Source: Eledone cirrhosa (taxonomy: Eukaryota). From it: a stretch of DNA of 64,000 bases. The translations under genes were made by a program, and so were the position numbers. Below, one piece after another: positions 1 through 12,277 of the stretch (position 1 is its first letter; every line of letters begins with the position of its first letter). The stretch is taken from NCBI GenBank assembly GCA_964016885.1, contig OZ024743.1, forward strand, positions 39,122,001 through 39,186,000. The letters are read 5' to 3'. Below the pieces are notes generated by a model. The model saw only the letters and a program-made list of their open reading frames with translations. It did not search any database and was not told the DNA's origin.

Positions 1-146
1 TACAACCCATTCAATAAATTGAGGGTAACGTCGAGGTAATCAACGACCGAGAGATTGGCCTCAACCTGTATAGAGAGGTTGAAGCCTTTAAAGAAGGCTG
101 TGAGTTCTTTTCTGAACCTGTCGCAAGCACGAGGTCCGCACGGTTC
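1..146 (-). mobile_element. Penelope-like element RT fragment (continues off the window)
   Basis: Manual minus-strand translation CGPRACDRFRKELTAFFKGFNLSIQVEANLSVVDYLDVTLNLLNGL matches the PLE RT C-terminal 'V.FLDVTL' region. Confidence 0.75.
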
Positions 147-218
147 TTATATATTTGATATATATTTTCCTTATCGAGCCCTCTTTAGATTTTAGTCTTC
201 AATTTTATTATTATTACT

Positions 219-308
<90 letters not shown>

Positions 309-309
309 A

Positions 310-450
310 TCCCGAGTTCAATTAGGAGTAACAACTGTAAGTAAGGTACTCAATACATAGCAGAGTATAAATATTAAGTATAGAAATTACTTCTACAGGA
401 CTAGAACTATTTTATCCTTTCATCCGAAGGAAATCCTCAGTATTTCCTTT
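310..450 (-). repeat. PLE pseudo-LTR tail with decayed hammerhead
   Basis: Similar to 46237-46373 and 58275-58330 (gtaagtaaggtactcaata...ttctacaggactagaact). The minus strand has CTGAGGA, but the GAAA core is mutated. Confidence 0.6.
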
Positions 451-816
451 GAATAAAACAGTTCTATTTATACTAAGATCTTTAATAAACATACAAATGA
501 ATTCTCTTATTCCACCACTTCCAACATCTCTAACATTAACTCAAAACATAATACTAAAATATTAAATAATAAATCATATCCATCCAACCCTGAGCGACAT
601 AGTAATAACACTAAAAGGCCCGACGTCAATGTCAACTCTAAACAAGATTACTTAAATATAAATACTACGTCAAACGTAATTTCGTTGAATGCTCCTAATA
701 CTAATCTAAATCAGGAAATATTAGCACCTCTTGTAGGTAATTTCTCCACTACAATTCCATCTATAAATAATTCAGGGCCACTTGCAAATTACTCTATTAA
801 TAACATTAATCATTAA

Positions 817-1239
817 TGCAATTGCCCTAATAGAACTAAATGTTCTCTGAATAATCACTGTCTCGATAAAAATTTAGTATACGAATGTAAGGCGATAACT
901 AGTACCAATTATTATACCTACTTTCGCTCTACTTCTACTTCCTTTAAGGCAAGATTATGTAACCATTATTCGTCTTTTAAATGCCGACTTAAAAGAAGAA
1001 ACACTGCACTTTCAGAACTTATCTGGTCCTTAAAAGACATAAATATTAATTACAAAATTTCTTGGAGAAACATTTGCAACATTCTCCTTATTCCAATGCT
1101 TCCCTATCCAGAACTTGTAATTTATGCCTAGCGGAAAAATTTACCATTATCTCTAATTTTAACTCTATAATATCGCACAGATTTATTTTCGCTTTGCATC
1201 CATAAATCGCTTAGGTCATTTCACAGAATATACAGCTAA
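817..1239 (+). pseudogene. PLE GIY-YIG endonuclease remnant
   Basis: Translates CNCPNRTKCSLNNHCLDKNLVYECK...YFRSTSTSFKARLCNHYSSFK...TALSELIWSLKD...ISW, then frameshifted CNLCLAEK. Same motif order as ORF 33937-34503. Confidence 0.8.
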
Positions 1240-2220
1240 TATCTTACTCCATAATTAAGATTAAAAACTTTCTCTCACACATATATATATATCTTTTTTT
1301 ACACATATACCCCTTTTTTCTACCATATTTCAGTACATTCTACAAAGATCATTCAAAGATCTGACGTTTTTGGTACCCTAATTTTAAAATTTTTAAATTT
1401 TTTAGTTTTTCAATTTTTTCAATATAAACAATTTTTTTAAACTTTTAATCCACTATAGCAAATTCCTCTATCTTCTTGGGGATACCAATTTCTTTTAAAT
1501 AGTTCATCTTTATATCATTTTTTCTCAACATTACTTTTTTTAAGCCGCTATATTTCCCAATTTTTTTACTTCAAATCTATTAATATTAGCATTAGGTGAA
1601 TTTTGTAAACAAATTTTTGACGTATTATTTTCTTCCTCGTATTTTTCTTTATTCTCTCTTTCCATGCTTGTATTAACTTAAATAATTACTTTTCTATTAC
1701 AATCTATTGAAACAGAGTAGGACCCTATATCGTCTTCTAAGCTTATTTTACTTTATTTTATCTTAATAATACATTTTAATAAATGTTTCGCACATCTTAA
1801 TAAATCCTTCACTATATAAAACCTAAATATATAAACCCTAAATAAATAGTATAATTAATTTCTATATCTGTAATCATAAACATACTCATTCATAAACCTC
1901 ATTAACTTTATTTTTTTATTTTTTTATTTATTTATAAATGTACAACCGTTTTTTCAGTTATTTCTCTGTGGAGACAGCGTTTCTCAGTTTAAATGTTTAT
2001 CTCTCTCTCTTTCTCTCCTTTCTCTCTCCTTCCTCCTTCTTATACTCTTCCTCCGTTATCCTTTCCTCCTTTTTTCTTTTTCTTTCATCCTCTTCCTTAC
2101 TTTTTTCCCGTTCCTTTCCTTTTTTCCAATCTCCTATACCCTTTTAAATTTATTTATCATATGTTGTTTAGACACTACCTTGCTCACAAGTGTTTTTTTA
2201 AGCTTCATATCATGTCAGCC

Positions 2221-2290
2221 TATTTCATCTGATGACAACGCAAATATCGTCCCAGGATGATTTTGTTTTTGAAATACGCATAATGAAATA
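2221..2290 (+). ncRNA. Minimal type I hammerhead ribozyme (PLE pseudo-LTR)
   Basis: tatttcat-CTGATGA-[extended stem II, atcgtcc/ggatgat]-GAAA-tacgca-TA-atgaaata. 8-bp stem I, ~1 kb downstream of a GIY-YIG remnant. Confidence 0.75.
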
Positions 2291-2416
2291 CATGGAACTT
2301 TAAAAAACATTTTTTAATTTCTTCTTATATATACTCCAGTCCAATAAACTGTTGACTGCTACTTATCCGATATTTGCATTGCTTTATTGCGCTACAATAA
2401 AACTCACCTCTTACAA

Positions 2417-2462
2417 TATATATATATATATATAATTATATATATATATATATATATACATT

Positions 2463-2513
<51 letters not shown>

Positions 2514-2518
2514 ATATA

Positions 2519-2583
<65 letters not shown>

Positions 2584-2599
2584 TTATACATATATATAT

Positions 2600-2646
<47 letters not shown>

Positions 2647-2655
2647 TACATATAT

Positions 2656-2713
<58 letters not shown>

Positions 2714-2738
2714 GTATATGTATATATATATATACACA

Positions 2739-2799
<61 letters not shown>

Positions 2800-2808
2800 A
2801 TATATGTA

Positions 2809-2867
<59 letters not shown>

Positions 2868-2872
2868 ATGTA

Positions 2873-2955
<83 letters not shown>

Positions 2956-2962
2956 ATATGTA

Positions 2963-3047
<85 letters not shown>

Positions 3048-3050
3048 GTG
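2417..3050. repeat. (TA)n microsatellite with TACA/TATG variants
   Basis: Directly visible. Representative of many such tracts (e.g. 28060-28350, 36575-36770, 46100-46235, 46850-47440, 50470-51790). Confidence 0.97.
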
Positions 3051-4252
3051 TGTGTGCGCGCTTGCCTGTGTGTGTGGATATATTCGTTACACTACACAAC
3101 AAGCACACAAATTCATATATTTATACAAATGCACACAAACATAAGTGAACAAGTCGGTTGCTTTTGTTTACTTACAGCCACACTGGAAATAGTCTTTTAT
3201 CACATGAAAGCATTAATTGTGTTCTGGAAATAATTTGCTTTCAGTCGACAACGTATTAGGTGTGATGTTAGTCTATATAAATAAATGTGTCAATACATTG
3301 GAGTTAAAAGGATGACTCGTGATACAACCGAAAGAATGAATGTGCTGCATGGAAGGAATTTACATACACATGTGTTCAATTTAACAATTGTTACAGCTGT
3401 CAGTTTTCAGAGAATCAATAATTAAGAAATAAAGTGAGTTATTGTACAAAAAAAAACCGCATATAGCTAAGTTGTTTATTAATGACTTTCAATTCATGCA
3501 ACATCTGTATGAAGAGTTGACGTAATGCAAATGTCCGTGGATAAAACGTATAATTAGATGTACCAGCAGAGGTCATGCATTTTTGAAAGCATATATGCAC
3601 ATATATGCTGTTGGGTTACTGTTATAGCGGTGGTTCAACAATGAGAATGTGATGCTTTATGCTGTTAAGCCAAACACTTTATATCACGATGTTACAGCTA
3701 ACTCTCAATGTACGTATAACGGATGGTATGCTCCAAAGCATAGATGTTATAAATATAGACTGAGGACATTGTTTACATACGGATGTTGGATTACCATTCG
3801 TTCCGTCTGTCTACTGACATTTGAAAGCTGCTGTCTTGAGATCTAGTTTAAAAGACTGTGGATATTATGTGATGGCCATTACATTTAATGGTTAATAGTT
3901 AAATCATATAGTCCATTTCTAGGAGATAAGGGTTTCACTTCCTTATAAAAGCTGATGGCACCTTCGTTGTCTGTCATTTAATAGTTTTCATCTTATTTTA
4001 TACGTTTTCTATTGCATTGTCCTTTTTAGATTTTGTATTTATCATTGTTGTGATATAAGTATAGCCAGCGCATTCGTTCCTTTGGTCTCACACTGTTTAA
4101 CTATTGTGTTTTACTCTGGGCGATAATGTTTAGCTTTTCATTCCATTGAGAGCTTTGTGATGATTGCCTCAAAACAATACGATTAGTACCTGCTATTTGG
4201 CATCTGAAACTTCGATTCATACTCAAATTGTACACACACACACATGCACACA

Positions 4253-4323
<71 letters not shown>

Positions 4324-4800
4324 CCACACACACACCCACACACACACACACACACACCCACACACACCCACACACACACACACACACACAGACGCACACA
4401 CAGATATGTATATATATATATATATATATGTATATATAAACCCATCACTTTAAAGCGCCATAATTTGGCTTGCGTACGTTTATTATACATATACATGCAC
4501 ACATATATATGAATGAATATAGTGCTGATAACACCGTGTAACATATTTTTTGTTCCCCGGTTCTAAGTGTCATTTTCTGGTTAATTATATCCCATTATTA
4601 TTTTAAAAAAAACTATTATTTAATCAGAAGTTTGGGTTTGTGGTCAGGAGTTTGATATTTCGAAATTTTCATATTTTTCAAAAAAAATAACACTTTTTAA
4701 AGATTTATCAGTTCATATAATTAAATCAACAGTGTATATATTTATTTTATTACACAAGCTTATCAAAAGCAAACAAGTAAAAACAAATAACACTTATAAA

Positions 4801-5180
4801 TCAACTGATACACGTCAGAAATGACTGGATTTCCTGGATTTGCGGTTGTAGTCCAGGTCGCATTCCCGCACTAGCCCCCAGATATAGTCCCTCATTCATA
4901 TTTTCATTGTAGTGGCCCTGGTACCTCCGCTCTATCTCTTTCACATCTTGGTGGAATCGTTCGCCTTGTTCTACTGAGTAGGCGCCCATATTGTCCTTGA
5001 ATTTTTCCAGATGAGCGTCCAGCATATGGAGTTTAAGCGACATCCTGCATCCCGTGGCGGCAAAAGCCTTTATCTGGTCCTGCACCAGTTGCTGGTAGTT
5101 TTCAGCTCTGTAGTTGCCCAGGAAGCCCTCAGCGACTGTCTTGAAACAGTTCCATACTGTTCTCTCAATCATATTGAGCT
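4801..5180 (-). pseudogene. Chapaev3-like transposase, C-terminal fragment
   Basis: FLGNYRAENY...GCRMSLKLHMLDAHLEKFKDNMGAYSVEQGERFHQDVKEIERRYQG, a characteristic C-terminal motif, followed by a frameshift. Confidence 0.8.
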
Positions 5181-5446
5181 TTTAGTGAATTGGTCACAGC
5201 GTTATTTACTTTGGTAAACACCACTGCAGGCCAACCACTAATTAAATTCTCTACAGATATAATAAGGTTAACAAATTCGCTCGTGAGTGAACTGTCCGAG
5301 AGCCGGTTGCCAATTAAGCTAAGATGTCTCTTTTCTCTTTCCATTATAATCCCTAGACTGGAAGTTCAAGGAATCTTCTAGAATTCAACGCGAAGTAACT
5401 CCAATTAGTTTTTTTCTCGTCGGGCAAGGTAACGCTAGTCGCTACA
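5181..5446 (-). repeat. 3' LTR of the Gypsy element
   Basis: Minus strand starts TGTAGCGA at 5446, just after the polypurine tract ggaggggag (5450-5458), and ends TCACTAAA at 5181. Aligns with 9287-9481. Confidence 0.88.
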
Positions 5447-5722
5447 ATGCTCCCCTCCAGACGATATTTGATAATAACAGTAAGGTCTTTGTAGCGAGGA
5501 GCCGTAGAATAAGGAGCAAGCAAAACAAAAGGTACATAAATTACAATGGTTTGGAACAGAAGCAAAGTATGGAAATAAACATGCAGAAAAATGTAACTGG
5601 AACAATACAATTCAAAACAGTACATGGGAGCAAGGAAAATAGTGCTCAAAATAAGTTCAACATTTTTCAAATTCAAATAGTTAATGCTACTATGGGTTAG
5701 ACGAATATTGTTTTTAAGAGTT

Positions 5723-8690
5723 TCATGGCCATATTACTGTCCTGCCACTTCGTGTGACATATAGTTGTGTGTTATGTGGTGTTTGCGGTGGAGGTGAATG
5801 TGGTGTTTGAGTGGGAGTGTATGTGCTAGGTATGTCAGGCAACGATCTGAGACTTTCAGAGAAAGCCTTCTTTGCTCTGTCAACGGATATTACCTTTTTT
5901 CGACCATTGACAGACACTGCAAAGTGTTTGGTTGTGTGCGAAAGACACGAAAAGGTCCATTTTAGGGTGACGTAAGAGGTCTCTTGACGGAATCATTCCG
6001 TATGAAAATGTGTGTCCACGTAGATGGGTCTGATGGGTAAGCAGAAGAAATAGATTGGTCACGAGGGTTCATTGGTGGAAGATCCGAGATATACGAACGA
6101 ATCCTGGTGACATATGATGCTGGGTCAAGATGTGATTAATCCACTGGTGCTAACATTTGTCCAGGAAGAGACAATGTGGTACCATAAAGAAGTTCAGGAG
6201 AAGAAAAACCTAAATCTGTCTTAATGGCAGAACGACAATCAAGTAGAACGATCGGCAAAAATTCTGTCCAACGTTGCGGATCAGGAGTAGCGCGAAGTGC
6301 AGCTTTCAACTGTCTATGAAACCTCTCGACAATTCCATTGGAGGCTGGATGATAGCTGGTTATATGATTGTGATGAGCTCCCAAGAGTGGTGATATTTCA
6401 CGAAATAAGGAGGCTTCAAATAGGCGTCCACGATCCGTAGTTATTTTAGTAGGAATACCAAAGCGATCAATCAATTTGAAATGAAAGCTCGGGCAACGGA
6501 CTCTGCTGTTTTTTCCACCAAGGGTATGGCTTAGGCTACCGAGAGAAACGATGGCTACAAGTCAATACGTATGTGAACCCACGACTAAGGGGCCATGGAC
6601 CAACAATATCCAGGTGAATATGACGGAAACGTGCGTCTGGCGGGCTGAATTTCCCAAGAGGAGCGCGGACATGCCGATAAATCTTAGAGCGCTGACATTT
6701 CAAAGAAGAACGTGCCCAACCGTTGATTCAACGACGCATATTTCGCCAGAAACATTGAGCCGTAATAAGCTTCACCGTGGCAGCTATGCCGGAATGCGAC
6801 AAGGAATGAAGTGCATCAAAAACGGTACGTTGATGGCAATCTGGAACAAGTGTTCTGGGTGAGCCAGTAGAAATATCGCAGAGAATTTTTCCTTCAGAAG
6901 ATGGAAGAGGTAAATATTCCAATTTGCTGCAGAACTGGTCAGAGGAAATGTCCAGCGAATCCAAAGTAGGTTGGTCAGTTGCAATAGCAACTAAATCAAT
7001 ATGTGCAGGATGCGCAAGAGAAAACACAGAAAGTCGAGATACTGCTTCCGCGGGTATGTTGGCAACTCCAGCTATATGACGAATGTCACTGGTGTACTTG
7101 GAGATCAAATCCAAATATCTGTATGCCCTTGAAGAGCGATTGTGACTGGTTTAAGGTCTGTGAATACCGTGAACTCCCGACCTTCAAGAAGATGGTGGAA
7201 GTGTCTCACAGCAAGATAAACTGCTAAAAGCTCTCTGTCAAAAGTACTGTAAAGTTGCTCTGCTGGTTTTAGTTGCCGTGAGAAAAACGCCAGTGGTTGA
7301 ACCTGGTGGTCGATTCCATGTTGCAATGCTGCTTCAACAGCATGATCGGATGCGTCAACAGATAAAGAAAGTCTCGCGTTTTCAACAGGATGGGCGAGTA
7401 AGGAAACTTCACCTATCTCACACTTGACGAATTCAAAAGACTGCAAAGCATCGGCAGAAAGTGAAGGAGCATATTTCTTTTTCGCAGTCTTTAAAAACTG
7501 TGTCAAGGGGAACAACTTGTCCGCACAGTTAGGTGTGAAGCGACGATAAAAGTTAATTAATCTCAAGAAATGACGTAATTGTTTCAGGGAGGTGGGTGGT
7601 GCGATATGCTGAATCGCTTCTACCTTAGATGGCAAATGTCGTATGCCTTCTGAGTATATAAGATGTCCAACGAATTCCTGTGAATCTGTACCAAACACAC
7701 ATTTAGCTGTTCATCCGAATCGCTGGTTATCAGGACATCATCAACGTAAGCAAACACGAAATCCAAACCACGCGTGATTTCATCTATAAAACGCTGGAAC
7801 GTACTAGGAGCATTCCGCAAACCAAAAGGCATGGACAGGAATTCAAATGAATCAAAGGGGGTGGTCACAGCTGTTTTTGATATATCCCCTGGATTCATTG
7901 GTATCTGGTGGTATGCATGTATTAGATCTATTTTGGAAAATATCTTGCATCCATGCAGAACGGATGAAAAATCCTGTAAGTTTGGTAGAGGATAACGGTC
8001 CGGCGTGGTGATGGCATTAACTCCCACAGGCCTAACATCCGCTTCACTCTTACGAGCCAGGTGAAGCGGAGATGCCCATAGGCTGGTGGACGGTTGTATA
8101 AGACCGAGTTGGAGCATATGCTCGAACGCGTTTCGTGCTTTTTTTAGTCTATCCGGAGCCAACGTTCGTGGTCGAGAGAAAACCGGTGGACAAGTTGTTG
8201 TAACAAAGTGTTGAGTCGAGTGGACTGTCTGAGTAGGTTTAAATTAAATATCCGTTAACTCGGGAAACGTAGTAACGAGTGCATGAAACTGGTTTCCAGC
8301 CGGAGCCACAAAAAATGACGGTACTGACAGCAGTAGTGGTAGATTTACGAGTAGGCGTAGATGAGGATGTGGTACTATCCACAAGTTTCTGGTTCCTGAC
8401 ATCTACCAAAAGTGAACAGTGCTGTAAGGAATCCGCACCGAGAATAGGATGAGGTAGGTCGACAATGACAAAAATCCATTTGAAATCTCGACTAAAAGCT
8501 AGGGTCAATGTTAAAGATATTTGTCCATAAGTTTTTATACGACACTGGTTTACTGCATACAAAGAAAAACCAGAAAGAGTTGGCTTGGTAGAGTTGAACC
8601 GTAAGGGCCAAATACTGCAACTTGATCCTGTGTCGACCATGAATGATTTGTTTGAAACTCGGTCTCTAATGAAAAAAGCACGATGAATCC
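5723..8690 (-). pseudogene. pol: Gypsy pol (protease, RT, RNase H, integrase), frameshifted
   Basis: FMVDTGSS (protease); PDRYPLP, FSKIDL, AYVDDVLI (RT); SVDASDHAV, YSTFDRELLA (RNase H); HSLSHSGI, TTDRG, YHPASNGIVERFHR (integrase); terminal TRSGR. Confidence 0.92.
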
Positions 8691-9232
8691 TCACGAGGTG
8701 AAGCAGGCTGGGTTTTGAAAGTAGAAGAGGCAATGACCGAATCAGCCGAGGTAGGTTCTCTAAAAAATTCCATAATTCTGTCCGCAGAGGCAGCAATTTG
8801 TTCTATCGAACTGGTGTCAACCGTATTCGCTAATATGGTTCTCACATTAGTTGGCAAACGGGAGAAGAATAACTTTTTTACGAAGGGACTGTCTTCAGGT
8901 GCAGCATCACGGAGTTCACGGATACGCCGTAAAACCTCTGTAGGAGTTATGTACCCCAGATGTTCATCCTCTAATAAGGAACGAAATTTACCCTCAGGTG
9001 ACCTACAGTTCCTATGCAGTACCTCTGTCTTCAGAGACTCGGAGGAAACGCCTTGGGGAGGGTTCTTGATTATGTGTTTTACTGTAATCGCTAATGAAGC
9101 TGGAATTCCGCTGATTCGCACGTTTAATTTTTGCTGTTTTTCCTGTACTCCGTTGACCGCAAAATACGCATCAAGCTGGTCGAACCACAATTTAGCATCG
9201 CCAGAATACGGTGGTAACGATGTGTTGCCCAT
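8666..9232 (-). pseudogene. gag: Gypsy gag
   Basis: LPPYSGDAKLWFDQLDAYF...LGYITPTEVLRRIREL...KLFFSRLPTNVRTILA, lying between the PBS and the protease. Confidence 0.82.
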
Positions 9233-9267
9233 TATAAAATTTGGTCGAGAGAGATGATTTTCTTTTT

Positions 9268-9285
9268 CATCGCGTCGGGTCACCA
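9268..9285 (-). promoter_or_regulatory. Primer-binding site complementary to the tRNA-Trp 3' end
   Basis: Minus strand tggtgacccgacgcgat, 1 nt after the LTR end. The eukaryotic tRNA-Trp PBS is TGGTGACCCCGACGTGAT. Confidence 0.8.
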
Positions 9286-9286
9286 C

Positions 9287-9481
9287 TTTAGTGAATTGGT
9301 CACAGGGTTATTTACTTTGGTAAACGCCACTGCAGGCCAACAACTAATTAAATTCGACACAGATATAATATGGTTAACAAACTTGCTCGTGAGTGAACTG
9401 TCCGAGAGCCGGTCGCCAAATAAGCTAAGATGTCTCTTTTCTCCTTCCTTTATAATCCCTAGACCGGAAGTTCAGGGAATA
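9287..9481 (-). repeat. 5' LTR of the Gypsy element, outer end deleted
   Basis: Aligns to 5181-5375, then runs directly into transposase sequence. Confidence 0.85.
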
Positions 9482-9650
9482 TTTTTCCACTACTTCATCC
9501 TGCAGACGAATAGCTCTGCATTGGACTTGGTCTGACCCATATCCCTGACCAAGTCATTGACTTCTTTTTGGTTTGGGAAGTGAGGAATTTGTTTCTGGTA
9601 CCTCAGGCAGGTAATCCAAGTCCTCAGCATCCATCTTCTCCTCTTAATCA
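9482..9650 (-). pseudogene. Chapaev3-like transposase, upstream fragment
   Basis: PHFPNQKEVNDLVRDMGQTKSNAELFVCRMK*W resembles the family motif PH...Q.ELNDLVRDL.L.K..AELL.SRLK.W. Confidence 0.72.
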
Positions 9651-10856
9651 GAATACTTGTCTTGGAAATTAAATTTGATATGCAATACAAAATAAACATT
9701 GGAAAGGGAAATACATATTTAAATAATATAAAAGAACACTAATTATACTAATGAAAATTCGCGCTTAAAACACATCTTACCCTTTATTCAGGGTGCGAAA
9801 ATCCAGTATAAATAAATCTCTTTATTCCACTTTTTAACAATTTTATACTGTATTGCCATTTTATAATTTTCTTTAGGTACTACTCTTTATTTTATAATTT
9901 TAATTTAACCTGAAACATATATAAACAAATCATTTAACATAAGCAAATTAAACTTACATACAACGTAAAGTCCGGCATACAAATAATTCTTGTGAATAGC
10001 TTAGAAATGTTACAAATCCAAACTTTTAACGGTTTAATAGCACTTTTTTTAAATTTATTTGGGACCTAAGCAACACAAAGAAAGTGATTACAAGCCAGGA
10101 ACTGAGAAAAATAATGTTTTTGTTACACGGTATAATTTGGTTATTTATCCGTGGTGGACACATCGTCATGCTGAGAGATTAAACTGGTTTAAGCAGCCAT
10201 AAACCACTCCATGTCAGTAGTGTATTGCCAGCGAAATCTGGATGATTAGGTGTGACAGAGTTTCTATTTACGAAATATTGTTAAGATAGTTTTTTTTACA
10301 TAATTGTTTTATTGCCCAATATATATGATATCACCTGGTGCTCATACAATTATGAGGTGTAGTTATGCAATATGCAGATATGTCGCAGATAATGTATTAC
10401 CACCTTGCTGAGGCGAGCGAGAATATGAGATATTCAATCTCGTTTCTTACTAATGATTAGTGGCAAATGTAACTGTCATTTGACTGGCGGAATTTGTAAG
10501 CTCTGAGAAAAGATCCTTAATCCTAGCGTACTTCGACACCACCGCTGCACCAGCAAAAACAACAATATTTCAAACAAGTTTTTGAATATGATGTGATGAA
10601 AGTAGCAACACTACCACGACGGCGACCACCATTAGCACCACCATACTCAACGTCAACAACAACAATAAGACTAATAATAACTATAACACTCATGCCACTA
10701 ACGATATTACGGTACACATTGACTGTATATAAAATATTTTTAAAAAACATAAAGCTAAGCAAAGAAAAAAAATGATATGAAAGATCAGAAATGCAATATA
10801 AAAAAAATAAATAAGAAAACAAAATATGTATGTAGTAGATTAAAATGAAGATTAAT

Positions 10857-10888
<32 letters not shown>

Positions 10889-11406
10889 TATGAGGTGTGT
10901 ATACATATATGCACTTATATTTATACGGAATATTAAACATATAAGAGACACTGCCACACATTGTCCCACGCCAATGTTGAAAGGAATTTATAATGACCTA
11001 CATGATCACATTTATAGCAAGGGGTTTGTTAAATCTTATTCATCCATGTTTGTATGACAGCTTATATAAATCGCGGATATTTCGCTTTAACTAATTCATT
11101 AATATGAAATGATAGCATATATATAGTTACGTTTTGCAATGAAGTAAATCATATTGAAGACATACATATTGTTCCTTCGTCATAAAATAAAGAAGGATTA
11201 TGACAATTTTATATATACGATTAGTTACCTTGTCCGTCCCAGTTGACGCTATATTGTTTGGTTGCAATTAGATAACCCCTAATCTAACTCGTTCTACCAT
11301 CCTTACTTTTCAAGAGATGTTTAAATTCATCATTCGAATGCAGTTGAAAGAATTTACGTTCTTGTCACGGCATGCATGTCGTATCAAACTAATATATACA
11401 TACATA

Positions 11407-11505
<99 letters not shown>

Positions 11506-12042
11506 GTTCTGTATATGTGGGGGTACGCACGTGTGTGTTTGTGTTTATATGTGGTGTGGATGTGGGTGGCGTGGTGCGAAAAAAATGTGGAGAGTTGCTG
11601 GTTATTTTTCAAGATATGGAGTGGAGGGTTGGAGAAATGACCGAAGGTGCAGAATCCAATGTTGGTGGTGGTAGGAAGTGGAGGGAAGTGGGGTGCGCGC
11701 GCACAGGAAGTGGTCAGATGGTCCAGACAGGGTGTAGAGATAGCAGTAGAGTGGGATGACAGGTGGAGTGAGGTGAGGACCGTGTGTGTATATGTGTGTG
11801 CGTACGTGTTTGGATGAGTGTGTGGTAAAGGGGGTGTTAGTGGGTGTTACCATTACATGTGATGGGGAAAAGGATGGAAAGCAGCTGTGTAAATTGGGTT
11901 TGTGGTGCATGGGTGTGTGGAGTTGGTGGTGTACACAGGTGTGGGTGTGTGTGTGTGTGATGGTGAGTGTTCATGTGCGTGGGATCGGGGGGAGGTTAGT
12001 CATGGTAGTTTTGGGGTGGTCGGAGTGGATGTGTGGGTGAGG

Positions 12043-12142
<100 letters not shown>

Positions 12143-12277
12143 TACTATTTATATATATGTACGATATTAAACAAATGGAAACTTGTCGAGTGCTTTATAT
12201 CAGTTATAAAATATTTACTTGTTGTAACCCAACAATTTTAAATAAAACTGTTGCATATATATATGTATATATTTATA

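Larger units (their letters stand above)
5181..9481 (-). mobile_element. Ty3/Gypsy LTR retrotransposon, CsRn1-like, decayed
   Basis: Direct repeats (LTRs) at 5181 and 9287, tRNA-Trp-like PBS, PPT, and gag-PR-RT-RH-IN order with many frameshifts. Confidence 0.93.
4532..10132 (-). mobile_element. Chapaev3-like (CMC/CACTA superfamily) DNA transposon, internally deleted, hosting a Gypsy insertion
   Basis: Termini caccgtgtaaca (4532) and tgttacacggta (10121-10132), both flanked by TAA (3-bp TWA-type TSD). Transposase fragments lie on both sides of the Gypsy element. Confidence 0.75.

Noticed and set aside
2387-3233. Long YI/IY, HT, CV and ER-repeat ORFs here and throughout the window
   Set aside because: Translations of (TA)n, (CA)n and (GA)n microsatellites, which lack stop codons; not genes.
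8715-9257. 180-aa plus-strand ORF (and similar ORFs at 6551 and 31327)
   Set aside because: Antisense shadows of Gypsy gag/pol and the RTE ORF.
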